Source: Psammoneis japonica (Eukaryota). From it: a DNA stretch of 64,000 nt. The notes under the pieces are model-generated. The model made no database searches. It was not told the origin of the DNA and was given only the letters and a program-made list of their open reading frames with translations. A program made the translations under genes and the position numbers. Numbering within the stretch: the stretch's first letter is position 1; every line of letters starts with the position of its first letter. Below are positions 35,320 through 47,688 of the stretch, one piece after another. The stretch covers positions 620,001 through 684,000 of the forward strand of contig QPGO01000013.1 of the NCBI GenBank assembly GCA_008632985.1, read 5' to 3'.

Positions 35320-36340
35320 CAAAGTGTGTGGTGTGTGGTGCGACACTTTGCTCTTGGCTGCACACGCTCAGAGGCAACCCCGGCTCACTTGGCTGTGCCC
35401 AAAAAACACACCAGTGCAGCTGTCATGGTCAACCACATGATCAAGTCAGCAGGGTGGCAAAAGGAGTGTCCACTTCACATTCATGCTGCAAAGGTGCAAC
35501 AAGAAGTGATTGTGAGAACCTCCCCAGAGCACGTTGTCGGTGGGGTGGCTGCAATTTCGTGCACCACCCTCTCATGACAACCAAACAATCGATGGCAAGA
35601 GCTGACAAGAGCTGACATGAAATCAAGACAATTTCTCATTGCTTCCATTTTTGCATGAGTTGTTCCTTGGAACTTCCAGAGAGAATGACGTAGACAACTG
35701 CCATTTCCACAAACTTGTTTGCCCCCCCCCCATGTGTTGTGCCCAGTTTTGGATCAACCAAGGTGACAGCATTCTAAGTCTAAAAGGGTTGAGCAGTTGG
35801 CAATTTAAAGACACATGGTTTGTGCACAATGGCACTTGCTTCTGTTTGAGCAGATGTGCAGCACATCTGAGATGACCAGTCATTTCTGCTGCCGTGCTTG
35901 TTGCTCAGCTCAGGTGCTGCCTGGGCAAAAGGAAGCCAAGACCAGCACATCTCATCATGTTGGTGCTGTTGGTGCGCACCTTGGGATGCAAGTTGGCTGC
36001 CATTTCACATCTGCCTTGCCCTCATCAACCCCTCAACTTTTCTGTCATTTTCCAGCACATCTTTGCTCTCAAACTTTGTGCTGTTGGTCATCTTCTGTGA
36101 TGGTGAGGACAATGAAGAGTGAAAGACTTGTTGCTCTGGAGAGCAGGAGCAGGCCCTGCTGTTCTGGTTGTCTGTGGATGCAATGTCACAGATGGCCAGA
36201 TGCTCAATGAGCAACTGTGGGCACCTGCACAATGTGACAAGGATGAGAACAAATCCTTTGTCAGAGCAAGACCAAAGTCTTGTTGATTGCCACATCTTTG
36301 TTCTCTTTGTCCAATGCTCAGCTGCGTCTCGGTTGCATTT
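35320..36340. other. Hypermutated block 2 (TpA/CpG-depleted, origin unidentified)
   Basis: Same dinucleotide signature as block 1, lying between two intact genes. Confidence 0.8.
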
Positions 36341-36541
36341 TCTCAATGTACTGTTTCTTTGAGTCGGATGGACAGACGGATCCAACTCTCGTCGAACCAA
36401 AAACGAACCTTCTCCATTCCCGAGCAAAAGAAGAGACCTTACCTGATACATGATGTGTAGCTACAATTAGATAGCAATGTGGAGCAATGCATCTCTCTAA
36501 ATAACCAACTATACGTCTAAACAAATACAATGCGATGGGTC

Positions 36542-39271
36542 TCACTCCACCTCAACTACTGGCTGCCACCAATGGACGAGTTCTGGAGTTACCATGTTGA
36601 AATATGTGGTTGTGATATGTGCCGCCGCTTCCCCCATTGGCACACCGAGGAAAGGATGGCTGAACGGATCCTCCGCAAAGTCCAGAGCGCCCAAGAGATA
36701 TTGCGCAAAAAGAAACACGAATCCTTGCCTCTTGTCGTTTCCGAACACGCTCGCTCGTGACATGAAGGGATCCCACTGGAGAATTCTGCCAAGGCTGCAC
36801 ACAAACTGTTCCATCTGAGCGCCGGATTCGACAAAATTGAATGCCAACATGGACTGCTCAGCCTCTATAGCATCGAGTGTATCGTTCACGCGAACCGCTA
36901 CTTCATAAAGCTCGGTATCCTTTGCTTTACGCCGCTGCTCGGGAGTGTGGTATTTATCTTTTACTCCACGGAAGTCTCGGTCGCAAATTCTTCGGAAGCT
37001 TGTGGATATCTCCGATGGCTCAATTGGCTTCAGTTTTCTCGTCCGGAAAGATTGTAGACACAGCGAGAGAGCATCATCTGACGGCTCAACGCAATGGCCA
37101 CCGATGTCTCGTAGCGCCATTTGTGCCATCGTCTTGGCATTAACCGCATTCATGCCAAAGCACGTCCAGAATCGCTGGCAAAACTCTCCCTTCTTTGGCA
37201 GAGGGCCCTCCCAAACAGCTCGGCTTGGCCGGAAAGCATCGTACATCAAATCTAGGAAAGGGATTTGACCTTTAGTAAGAAAGCCATTCTCGAGCAGAGC
37301 GTGATACAGATGCAGTGTGATGCGGAGCTGGGAACGACAGTCTAGCAATGCTAGACCAGCTTCCATGTTGCCAAAGTAGCAAACATACGAGATAATAGTA
37401 CCACCACAGAGAGGGTTAAAGATAGCTCGGTCACCAAAGACAGGAAGTCCAAGATTTTCCAAGAAACCGATAGACATCATATTCTTTGCAGAAGCGCGGC
37501 TAACATGAGTGTCCCTCTCTTTTGTGGCTATTTTCGCCGCATGCTTTACTTGATCAAAGTACATGCCGAAGGAAAGCTTACTGATGTCGACAATTTGATC
37601 GAAGATTTCATCAGTTTCGAGAACCGCTGTGAGCATTGCATGTACCGCAAATGCTATAGCCCAATTGACGGGACGGCCGGCATCTTCGACAAATGTGCGA
37701 AGCTGAACCAGCAAAGGGCAGAGTTCATTCTCCCTCGGTAATTTGTGAAGGCCGATGATGCCCTTTCTGCACATGGTCACCCATGATGGCATGATATCGG
37801 ACATGAGTAACTCGTCGAGATCTCCGTGAATCTTTCTAGCGCGACCGGGACGCCAGGGAGATGAACCAAAAAATCCTTTCTTTGGGACTAAAAGGCGATC
37901 ATCAGGTGTTGTGCGCACGACACCACCAAACATCTGGAGAAGACGAATGGTGTGATGAATGGAACGATCTCCTCCAATGAACTTGGAATTTGGAAGCCAT
38001 GAATGCGACGTAGTTCCCGTAAGACGAGAAGCGATCCCCATTATACCAGCGTTCATATATAGCTCCGGACCGATAGGAACTTCTAGGTATACAACATTCT
38101 GACATCCAGCAACTGTCTCTTGTAGCTTAGCGAAACCGGTTTCATCGACTTGTAGTTCTGTACAGAACTCTTGAACAATAGCGTCCTTGCGATTCAGATC
38201 ATCGGAAGGGTTTCGAAAGCAACATTCTAAGCAATCGCCTAGAAAGGAAGATACTCTCTTCTCATCACAACGCTTGCTTGCGTGTTTACGAAGAACATCT
38301 GTTACGTGCCTTGTTACATCAGGGAGTACCAGAGTTGCCAGTAGCCGATACGGAGTTGTGAAGTGTTCGTGTTGCGCCTCAAGGTCTGCCTGAAGTTGCT
38401 GCACCTTTTGAATCATCATGTTGGTCGCTACCGACGCCTCAAGAAACTTTTCGATCAACGCCAACTGGGGCACACCCTCGTTTTCATTTGCATTATAGTT
38501 AGTCAGAATCGATTTGTAATGCGTGGAAACAAATCCCATCATCTCGTCAATCGAATCAAGGAAAAGGATGGCTTCCATACGATCTTCGGCCTTCATTAGA
38601 TCCTCTAGACTCAACGGCTCTGCCATTGGTTCAGGACGGGCTATGGGAGAAGTCGGGAATAGTTCCTCATCTTCTTCCATGTCTTCATTTTCATTCTCCA
38701 ACTCAATAAGGGCTGCGAAGCGATTCTCTTCCTTGGTGGGAGGAGCTTCAGCAATCTTGTTCACTGCTTCCTCCTGCTTGGGAAGCCTATTCAATACGGT
38801 CCAACAATACCTCAGAACCTTATTGAAGTGCGCATGGCCTGCATCACCGCCACCATACACTGATTTGGCAACCCGAGATCGAAGCCGGATGGCCAGCTTC
38901 AGATCACGTAAAATAGAGCGGGGAAGAACGTGTTGCTGAGCTTCCATCCAATCGGCCGTCAGGGAAAGCACGTCAACGCTCTTTTTCTTGCCACCACGTA
39001 CTACATCCTCCGGACATTTGTCAATCATATAATCCATGAATCGGTTCGTCGCCTGCTTGTAGCGGGAGTAGACCGTGGGGTAATTCTCGTACAGTGCTTT
39101 GGCCTTCTCGTACTCCTTCCAGTTGTCAGGAGAAATGCCCTGCAAAACGTTGGATGGTATCTTTGGGCCGGCGGCAGCATTACCGGCGGTATTTCCAGCA
39201 GCTCTCGACCTGCTCCTGCTCTTCCCCTTCTTCTTTTTGTTTGTTGCGTTACTTTTCTTTCCGCGTGCCAT
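36542..39271 (-). CDS. 909-aa protein with a DUF6604-like N-terminal domain
   Basis: Intact ORF; YSRYKQAT..LKLAIRLR..GHAHFNKVL..ENRFAAL pattern. The family assignment is from memory. Confidence 0.75.
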   Translation of the reverse strand: MARGKKSNATNKKKKGKSRSRSRAAGNTAGNAAAGPKIPSNVLQGISPDNWKEYEKAKALYENYPTVYSRYKQATNRFMDYMIDKCPEDVVRGGKKKSVDVLSLTADWMEAQQHVLPRSILRDLKLAIRLRSRVAKSVYGGGDAGHAHFNKVLRYCWTVLNRLPKQEEAVNKIAEAPPTKEENRFAALIELENENEDMEEDEELFPTSPIARPEPMAEPLSLEDLMKAEDRMEAILFLDSIDEMMGFVSTHYKSILTNYNANENEGVPQLALIEKFLEASVATNMMIQKVQQLQADLEAQHEHFTTPYRLLATLVLPDVTRHVTDVLRKHASKRCDEKRVSSFLGDCLECCFRNPSDDLNRKDAIVQEFCTELQVDETGFAKLQETVAGCQNVVYLEVPIGPELYMNAGIMGIASRLTGTTSHSWLPNSKFIGGDRSIHHTIRLLQMFGGVVRTTPDDRLLVPKKGFFGSSPWRPGRARKIHGDLDELLMSDIMPSWVTMCRKGIIGLHKLPRENELCPLLVQLRTFVEDAGRPVNWAIAFAVHAMLTAVLETDEIFDQIVDISKLSFGMYFDQVKHAAKIATKERDTHVSRASAKNMMSIGFLENLGLPVFGDRAIFNPLCGGTIISYVCYFGNMEAGLALLDCRSQLRITLHLYHALLENGFLTKGQIPFLDLMYDAFRPSRAVWEGPLPKKGEFCQRFWTCFGMNAVNAKTMAQMALRDIGGHCVEPSDDALSLCLQSFRTRKLKPIEPSEISTSFRRICDRDFRGVKDKYHTPEQRRKAKDTELYEVAVRVNDTLDAIEAEQSMLAFNFVESGAQMEQFVCSLGRILQWDPFMSRASVFGNDKRQGFVFLFAQYLLGALDFAEDPFSHPFLGVPMGEAAAHITTTYFNMVTPELVHWWQPVVEVE

Positions 39272-39529
39272 CTTGAAAAGTTTGCTTGCCTCTTCTTATT
39301 GTGTGAAAAAAAATCTGCATGAACAACATCCAACATCGCAAAGATGGAAGAGAGCAGAACGCGAGGAGCGAGAGCGCCACGCGAGCGAAGGCGAGGAATG
39401 CTCAAAAAATAAAAAAAAAATGAAAAACAAAAAACACTGTTTTCTTGGCCAAAACGTCAAAATGCGCTGCGTCGTTTTCACGAACAAACTTTTTTGTCGA
39501 AGACCCATGACCTTATGCCGGTGTAATGC

Positions 39530-41855
39530 AAATGAGGCAACAGCACGTCATCCTCCATCTACACCGCTGCTGTGAACGACAAGCGCCAGGGACCTTCGTT
39601 TGTGGAAATCGGTGCTGCACTCATAAAGAAAAATGTGGGTTTGTGTGCATTTCATTGGCTGAAATGCGGTGGCACGTGCGAACACATCTGTTGTCGCCGC
39701 TGCAAACAACATCGCACCACTTCACTCATCATTTGCATTGAATCTGTTCTTTGTTTGTGCAGAAAGCATGGCATCATGTTGGCCTGTCTAGATGTCAATT
39801 TCATGGAAGCAGAGTCATGTGTCATTGGGGATGCTGGGTTGACACAATGATTTTCTCTCAACAAGAACGAGAAAAGCAACAAAGCAAGAAGAAGCCCGTT
39901 GACTCGGAGGGGCTCGTTCTCATGATGGCATCATGAAAAAACAAAAAGGCCTTGACTGTGAGGCAATGGACAGTGGGATGATGTCACATTTCAGATGACA
40001 CCTTCTTGTGCACAATGAATGAGCCAGCTGAAAACACAAATGTCTCCTCTTCACCCTTTCTTTGGTCACCCCACAGCCGGTGGCAGCCTTTGCCATTTCT
40101 GGGCCTGTGCCTTGTCACTCAACAATGCCAGATGTGTGTGATTCCATCAAGGCATCCATTGATGAAGCCAGCCAAATCTGCGCCAATTGCCGCATGTGTG
40201 TCAAGAGTGTCAAGTTGCGTGGGACATCATTGAAGAGTTGGAAGCTGCACAAAGGCATTGTTGCTGGACAAAGCACTTCAGCAGTTTTTTTTCAACATTG
40301 GACAGTTTTGACATTGCAGAATGCATGGACAGACAATGGTTGAGACAATCAATCTGCTCAAGATGCCAAAAATTCAGACCAAGAGAAGATGATGGGAGTG
40401 TCATCTGAAGATCCCAACAACCTCGTTGAATCCTTGGAGCAGATTGGAAGGAATTTGGGCCGGAGCAGCATTGGGTTGAACAATGATGCACACTGCACTG
40501 CATGCACCACTTGATCACAGGTTGGGAGACATGTCTGGACAACTGCTGTTCGAACAATCTTGCACAGAATTTGCACTGGAGAACAGTCTGTCAATCAGCG
40601 CACTTGGGGCATTCGGGAAAATTGTGTGAGCAGAGGACAGACTCTTCCTCTGTTTCACACATTGAAATTGCACTGACAAATGCCGTAAATTCACAGATGG
40701 ACAGAATTCATTTGAACAGCAGCCATCCAGACACGTCTCCCATGGTGCATTGAAGAAGCACCATGAAGACCACTGCACAGGGGACAGGTGGGCGGCGTGG
40801 GGCAGTGAGACGTGATGGATGCTTGAGCACCTGTCGAGAAAAGACACATGACTTGGAATTGAGCTGCACTCACATTTTTGTGGTGCACACCATCCATTTA
40901 ATTGCAAATTGAAAACAATGGGCTCCATTGACCCTGAGAGACAATCAATGTGGAAAGCACTTGAGCAGTTAGAAGCTCACAAATTCCAAAAGAGCACTTC
41001 ATGTGATTGTCAAAACTTGCTCACATTCTGGCAAAGATTGTTCAACAAACCCTCTCTGTTTGTCCTTTGCTGACACTTTGATTGTTGGCATTGTGTGCCA
41101 GCAAGCTTGTGGGCTCACAACTCCACTTCAGCAACTGCCACACTGCCCCCCTGATGAGCAAGGGTGCACATTCAGCCACCGACTGTGCATTCTCACTTTC
41201 TCTCACATCATGGCACCAGCATTGATGAAGCAACCCATTCCATCAAGAAATTTAAAGATCTTGAGTGCAGCTTCATGGGTCCATTGATTGGTGCAAGGGA
41301 TGACGAGCCTTTTGAACGAATGTGAAATGTCATGTTGAGTGTCAGGTTGGGGATGCTGTCCGACGCTTTGCCTTGCTCCACCCCCGACATTGTGCACGAC
41401 CATCCAGAAAGGGACAAGACAAGTGCATCAATTGCATCAGCAGTGCCACGCACCTGCATTCAACACAAGATAACGCACCTTTGTGGCAAAATGGTTTCAA
41501 AACTGACACGCACGAAACATGCTGCTTTTGAAAGCTCAGCAGCATGCATTCACGACAATGATGGTGCGTTGCCACTTTTTTGTCGGTTGCTTCTTCAGTC
41601 TGTCCGCTTGCAACTCTTCTTGATGTGGTCGACAACACACATCACATCTATGGTTCTCAAGACGATGGAAAATCTTTCACCAATGATCCGATCAATGTCC
41701 CTCTTCAGCATGTCGTTGATGATTCGGTCGTTACGTCGCGTGCGGTAGAAGGCAAGTGTGACAATCCCGACTCGTGTCGATGTTTGGATAAAGAAGAATA
41801 CAAGCCAAGGACGAGACAAGGCATGGCGGCATTCTACGGATTTGGTAGCAGGTAA
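39530..41855 (+). pseudogene. Hypermutated block 3: decayed gene whose 3' end (about 41640-41855) retains normal composition
   Basis: TA is depleted over 39530-41640. The reading frame ..HHIYGSQDDGKSF..FYGFGSR* continues out of the block. The 5' part is duplicated at 44887-45482. Confidence 0.55.
39590..40187. repeat. About 600-bp diverged direct repeat, copy 1 (copy 2 at 44887-45482)
   Basis: Shared colinear blocks: tttgtggaaatc.gtgctgca, gatgtcaatttcatggaa, ttttctctcaacaaga, tgtgaggcaatggacagtg, tcactcaacaatgcc, ccaaatctgcgccaat. Confidence 0.9.
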
Positions 41856-42115
41856 CAGGTCTAAGCAAAAGAAGTCGCGCCAAAGCAATGCTCCGGGAAC
41901 GCCACGGTTCAGCTCATCATTTCGTGGTCAGGCGTACTATAATTTTTTTGCGGAAACTATTCATGACTTAACTATCTGACACCGCAGCCAAAAAACAAAC
42001 TGCAGTAACAAACCACAATCAACGTTTCTGATACCATCAAGAAAATATACACTCACACTAACAAAAAACCGTACACACCTTCATCTCAAATGGCGTCCAC
42101 GGTCTGTTTCACTAC

Positions 42116-44053
42116 CTACTCTTGAGACAAAGATACGCGAGGGCGCTTCGCAATTGGTTCCGGAGTAACCTGGGAAGACGTATCCAAGGAGCGAGTATTA
42201 GCGCCCTCTCCGTCACTTTCTGTCATCACTCCATGAGCATCCATGTAGTTGCTTTCAACTTGGGAGAGTTCCGTATTGAGCGTCTCGATCACTTGAAGAA
42301 GCGAAGTCTTGGATACCTCGGGATCGACAAGCAAACTAGAAAGCACCGCTTGCGCCAAGGAGGGTTTCCTGTTTGGTTGTGCTTTGGCCTTCAATGCATC
42401 GAGACGAGATTTCAACGATTGAGCAACGTTTTTCAATGTCTCGAGTGAATCGCCTGGATCATCATCTTGTCCAACCAAGGCTATAAATGCTTGCTCTGAT
42501 TTCCTTGCTTCACCTGCAATTTGAATGGTGGTGGCAAGCTTTCCTTCGAGCGACACCTTTTCGTTCTTGATGGTCAGATTCTCTTCTTCGACCGCCGCAA
42601 GATTCTCCTCCAGTTGCTTTTGCTTCTCGGTGACAGATGTGAGCGAATCCTCAACTGCTTTCTTTTCCTCTTTCAACGAAGAAAGCGACTCCTCAAGTTG
42701 CCGTTTGTCGTTCTCGACTGAGGAAAGATCTGCAGCTTCTGCACCTGAAGAGCAGATCTCCAGCATTTTGGCCACTGCCGCGGACCTACATTTCGCAAAC
42801 CGGGATCGAACACAAAAGGCATAGATTGGGAGACATCCTCCACCGTGGGAATCTTTTTCGTTCATTCCCGCTGGATAAGCTTTCGCAAGAATTTTCATCT
42901 GACTGCCCCAACGGTCAAACCTTGATGCCAAATGAATCGGTAGTTCTCCGGCCCCGTTTCTGAGCTTTGCTCCCTCTGGATCGATGCGTACCAGCTCTTC
43001 CAATACCACTGATTGCTCATATTCGTCCTCCAGCGACGCTGCCACGTGGATTGGCAGATTTCCTTTACCATTCGCGTGTCTGAGGCCACCGCGATATCGC
43101 TCAGCTAGCTCACGGAGCAGGTCCCTTCTAGAAGAATTGTAGGAGGCAGCAACATGAATCGGTAGGTTTCCTTCTTCGTTCTCCTCTTTGAGGCCCTGCG
43201 GATAGGTGTCTGCAAGAAACTTGACAATTTCCGTTCCCTTGCCGTTCCCGTCCCAGAGATCAGCGGCTCTGTGAATTGGTAGATTTCCGTCCTCGTCTTT
43301 GATCTTCACGCCCTCGGGACACGCCTCAGCTAGTTCACGAATTAAGCCGATGTCGGCATATTCCGATATGGCCAAATGAATAGGTAACTCTCCTTTGTCA
43401 TTTTTCTCTAGAAGGCCTTGCCGGTACCTCGTACCTAGCATATTAACAATGTCGATTCCACGACAGCGACGCATTGCAATGTGGATGGGCAGCTCGCCGG
43501 TCTTGTTTGTCTTTTCCAGCCCCTCCGGATAGAGCTCAATCATATCAGCGATTAAGCATATATCTGAAGCTTCCGATGCCGCGAAATGAATAGGTAGGTC
43601 TCCCTCCTTATTTTTCTCTTTCATCCCCGGTGGGTACTTCGTTCCAAGGAACATAACAACTTCCATTCCATTTTTACTGCGTACCGCTATATGGATGGGT
43701 AGTTCACCGGCGTTGTTCTTCGCCTCCAGCCCCTTGGGGTATATGTCAGCTAAGAGTTTAACAACAAAGGGCTCATATTGCAAAACACCTGCCGCCATGT
43801 GGATGGGTAGGTTGCCTTGATTGTTTCTGGTCTTAAGACCATCACGGTAGCTATTCACGAGCGCTTCGACCATGAGACTTGCACCCGCTTTCTTCAAAAT
43901 GTTTCGATTCATCAATAGGCTGTGCAGAGGCAGATTTCCATTTTCATCAGGTTCCTTCGCCAACGCGTCGCCTTTGTCTGAATTGAGAACAACCGTTGCT
44001 TGCTCGAAATTATGAACGCAAATCAAGCGATGGAGTTCGTTTCCTCCTGCCAT
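42116..44053 (-). CDS. Ankyrin-like repeat protein with a C-terminal coiled coil
   Basis: About ten G(N/E/D)LPIHxA repeats spaced about 35-39 aa apart, then heptads; ATG at 44053 (MAGGNELH). Confidence 0.9.
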   Translation of the reverse strand: MAGGNELHRLICVHNFEQATVVLNSDKGDALAKEPDENGNLPLHSLLMNRNILKKAGASLMVEALVNSYRDGLKTRNNQGNLPIHMAAGVLQYEPFVVKLLADIYPKGLEAKNNAGELPIHIAVRSKNGMEVVMFLGTKYPPGMKEKNKEGDLPIHFAASEASDICLIADMIELYPEGLEKTNKTGELPIHIAMRRCRGIDIVNMLGTRYRQGLLEKNDKGELPIHLAISEYADIGLIRELAEACPEGVKIKDEDGNLPIHRAADLWDGNGKGTEIVKFLADTYPQGLKEENEEGNLPIHVAASYNSSRRDLLRELAERYRGGLRHANGKGNLPIHVAASLEDEYEQSVVLEELVRIDPEGAKLRNGAGELPIHLASRFDRWGSQMKILAKAYPAGMNEKDSHGGGCLPIYAFCVRSRFAKCRSAAVAKMLEICSSGAEAADLSSVENDKRQLEESLSSLKEEKKAVEDSLTSVTEKQKQLEENLAAVEEENLTIKNEKVSLEGKLATTIQIAGEARKSEQAFIALVGQDDDPGDSLETLKNVAQSLKSRLDALKAKAQPNRKPSLAQAVLSSLLVDPEVSKTSLLQVIETLNTELSQVESNYMDAHGVMTESDGEGANTRSLDTSSQVTPEPIAKRPRVSLSQE

Positions 44054-44100
44054 CTCTGATTGTTGATCAACACGCCCACGGTGCAACGGTTTCAGAGAGC

Positions 44101-44127
44101 GATGATGATGATGATGATGATGATGAT
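44101..44127. repeat. (GAT)9 microsatellite
   Basis: Seen directly. Confidence 0.9.
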
Positions 44128-44389
44128 TCGATGTGAGAAAAGATAAAATGAGATTAGCATGAAGCCGGTAAGCAAACCACACAGACATCATGCCAAACTC
44201 CAGTGCACGTACGTAGAATCCTACGGGGTAAAAATGGCGCGAAGAATGATCAGATTGGGATACTTCCGGGTTATCGTAGCATCAGAAGAGCAACAACCAA
44301 CGCACTGAGCGCACAACGTGGGCCACATGCACATGGCCGCCTGCGTTTCCATACAGCGAAGCGCCGTTTGAGTGCCACACTGTAGCTTT

Positions 44390-46326
44390 CAATGTGATGA
44401 GGCTTCTTCTTCATCACTGATTGGTCCCTTGCAAGGTCACAGTGCAGTGGTGGGGGTGTCAAGCAAAGATGGAGGAAATGGCGCTTGAAGTTAAAGATGC
44501 CGTGTGATCAGATGGCATGTTTTTGACTGGATTTTTCGACTGACAGTTGGTGCAGATGATGGCAATGTGCACACAAAGCATGACTTGAAGCAGGCACTTG
44601 GAGGAGGAGTCATAGATGACAGGATGACAGCTGGCACATTGCTGGTTTGGTGCTGCTGGATTGATGTGGCACAACTGGCGCAGTTGTCAACGAGACATCG
44701 GAGCACCTCATGGGAATGTCAAGAGGCAGCTCTTCTCTGAATGTCATTGATGGGTGTCACTCAACAAATCATGGGATTGAGCAGATTGCAATGGCTTTGC
44801 TGCGTCATTTTGTGGTCAGGGCTGCCACTGCTGCAGTGAACAACAAGCGCGCAATTGCACATCCGCGGCCATTGTCCTCACTTGCAGGGTCTTTCATTTG
44901 TGGAAATCAGTGCTGCATTTGCAATGTGATGTTTGGATTTGTGTGCATTTTGTTGGCTAGAATGCAGTGGCATGCAAGCCAATGTGTTGTTGCTGCTGCC
45001 TCACTTGTCATTTGTGGCAAACCGTTCTTTGCTTCTTGTGCAGAAAATCTGACATCATGTTGGCCCATCCAGATGTCAATTTCATGGAACAAAATCATGT
45101 CATTGGAGACTCTGGGTTGACAAAAATTTTCTCTCAACAAGAGTGAGAAAAGTGATGAAGCTTGTTGACTTGGTGGGGCTCATTGTCATGATGACATTGA
45201 GGAACAAGAAGGCCTCACATGTGAGGCAATGGACAGTGTGGAACAATGCTGCACCTCAGATGATGGCTTGCACACAATGAATGTGGGCACATTAAAAACA
45301 AAAAAGCAACACAAAACCACAAGGATCTCTTCTTCACCCATTCTTTACGGTCACTGCAACTCCTGGCATGGCACAGCCTTCTTTGCCATTTCTCTGGGCC
45401 TGTTCCTCATCACTCAACAATGCCCAACTTGTGTGATTCCATTGAGGCAGCCATCAGCAAAGGCAACCAAATCTGCGCCAATGTCCCCAAAGGACAATTT
45501 CCCTCCATCTGACAATGATGCATTGGTGCACCATGCCAAGGAAGGATGGGAGCACATGAAAAAAGCCCAACAGCTCATGGCGCTGCACCCAAAAGAATGT
45601 CTCCAGGATCAAGCTCTTGCAAATGGTGAACAGATCATGCTCTGAAAAAAGGCCATGGGCACTGCCTGGCAAAGAACCCACACCAAGTCTCCATTGCACA
45701 TCCCTGCAAATCTTCTTGTGTGCAGACCAATGCAGCAAAGGGTCCAGCCTGCCAAGAGTCATTTTTGGATGGTTTCATTGAGTCTTCTGTGGATTTTGTC
45801 TGATCAGCGAGAGCCAGCTTGCAGCTCAGCTTGGCTAGATCATCAAACAGTGCTGCACGCAACATGGAACAACACTGGTTCATTTTTGATTGCAAGTGGG
45901 GTGTGCTTGGCAGCAAGGCGACACAGAGAACAAACAGCGGCATGTGCAACAGAGCAGGAAGGATTCATTTTTGATTGCACTTGGGGTGTGCTTGGCAACA
46001 AGGCAACGTAGAGAATGAACCGTGGCTGTTTAGACAAGGTTGGGTGAAAGATGTTGCATCACCGAGGGCTTGGACACATTGCAATCCCTCAATGGTGACA
46101 TCGTGGCTTGTTCTGATTTCTGTTTGGCAAAGGAAGATTCGATCCTGACCACTCCTTTGTTGTGGAGTCAGCGCATTGCTTGATGTTTGAACATTCTTGC
46201 TCAATGGCCTTTCGGACGTTGTCTAACCCAAGTTTTAATTGCTGTTCCAAGGATTGCCAAACTGTGCACTGGAAAGAATCTCACAAGAAGACTTGTGTCT
46301 GGCGACAAAGGCCGAAGAAGAAGTAG
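44390..46326 (+). pseudogene. Hypermutated block 4: MYND-zinc-finger gene relic
   Basis: 46240-46326 reads CCSKDCQTVHWKESHKKTCVWRQRPKKK*, matching the MYND C-terminal half YCSxxCQxxHWxxHKxxC with Y->C. Upstream sequence is frameshifted and TA-depleted and contains repeat copy 2 (44887-45482). Confidence 0.7.
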
Positions 46327-46566
46327 CTTCAACAAGTAGTGAACTCTAGAAGGGCAGAAGACATTGTCGGCAGAGTTCTCGCACTTGTATGACTGAATGA
46401 CCTGCAGTGTTAACTAGAAGGATCTTATTCTATGCTAGTCTTGTTTCGTGTCCCGTCATCACCTATTATCCGGGTAGTCCTAATCACTCAATCTGCTTTA
46501 GCATGCTGTTATTGTATGCATGTTTGCGATCGAATCACATATGCTTGTGTGTCCGACGCATCATGC

Positions 46567-47688
46567 TCACTTTTTATTCTTTCGAAAAGGTAGGAAACGT
46601 TTACCGCTAGTCTTGGCTGATTCTTCCTTTTGCTTCGTGTCTCGTTTTAAAATTGCCACTTTGCAAGCCGTCATTCCGTACTGCTTGACAACTTCGACAC
46701 AATGGTCCTCGGCCCAACGAATATGCAATGGAGTAATTTCGTCGGCTGTATCTACGGCCGGAATGTTGGGATCCACCACGGTCTTGTGTACCGCCAGAGT
46801 ACAATCGTCCTTGCCGTGTCCGTGAAAGTGAAACCATTTCGCCAACGGGTTGTCTTGCTGAAAATCTTGTAGCTCAAACACGCCATCGCCCAAGACAAAA
46901 AAAGTCGTGTCTTGTGACTTTGATTTTTTCATATAGCGTGACCAAGACCATGTCGGCAAGGGATCCTTGACTTTTGGTAACGTAATGTATTGTTCCGGTG
47001 TACGGGTTGGAATAAAGGGCACAGCCATGATTGTATGATCAATATATTCATCGTCTACTCCGTACTTGCGCATTCCCTGGGAAATCAGCTTGAGATAGCG
47101 TTCTTGTGGCAACGCCTCCTCAATTGGCTTATCAAGTAGCGCTATATCTTCTGGTATGGGTATTTCAAACATGTACGCCAGGACGGGATGATCGGGATCA
47201 TCGTAGGGAACCACCTGCTGCAACACGGGCGTGTTGCCTGAATCAAATTCCAAGAGCCGCTTCCAATCGTCTCGTGATTCCAACGTCATTAACAACCCAT
47301 GTACTTCATATCCTCGTTGCTGAACGACCGATGCATTGCCACCAAAGTGAAACGTCAAGCGATAGTCGTAGAGATAAGCTGCTTGCACGTTTTTGGTGGA
47401 GATGTTTCGGCGATGTCGCACCATGTCGTTGACAATCGGGCCGTATCCAAAGTAATGAATATCCTCCACGCGATCTTCTTCCAATGGACTGCCATCTCCT
47501 GTAAATTCTACAGTGGGAGTCTCTGTGTTGCTGTCTTGATGGTGCTTGAGCTTGGAGTACTCATCATCTTCTTCTTCGGCTGCGGCGGCCGCTGCTGCCG
47601 CATGTGACTGACGTCCGCCACTCCCACGTTTCTTGGATTGCCTCTGCTTGAGCATACTTGATACCGACGCCTTTATCACCTTACTCAT
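46567..47688 (-). CDS. Gamma-glutamylcyclotransferase (GGCT/AIG2)-like protein
   Basis: YFGYGPIVN..AYLYDYRLTF..ASVV..EVHGLL..P.ERYLKLISQGM. Confidence 0.8.
   Translation of the reverse strand: MSKVIKASVSSMLKQRQSKKRGSGGRQSHAAAAAAAAEEEDDEYSKLKHHQDSNTETPTVEFTGDGSPLEEDRVEDIHYFGYGPIVNDMVRHRRNISTKNVQAAYLYDYRLTFHFGGNASVVQQRGYEVHGLLMTLESRDDWKRLLEFDSGNTPVLQQVVPYDDPDHPVLAYMFEIPIPEDIALLDKPIEEALPQERYLKLISQGMRKYGVDDEYIDHTIMAVPFIPTRTPEQYITLPKVKDPLPTWSWSRYMKKSKSQDTTFFVLGDGVFELQDFQQDNPLAKWFHFHGHGKDDCTLAVHKTVVDPNIPAVDTADEITPLHIRWAEDHCVEVVKQYGMTACKVAILKRDTKQKEESAKTSGKRFLPFRKNKK

Noticed and set aside
44054..44191. Poly-His N-terminal extension of the ankyrin protein
   Set aside because: It derives from a (GAT)9 microsatellite, and the ATG at 44053 is the more plausible start. 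Not formally excluded.
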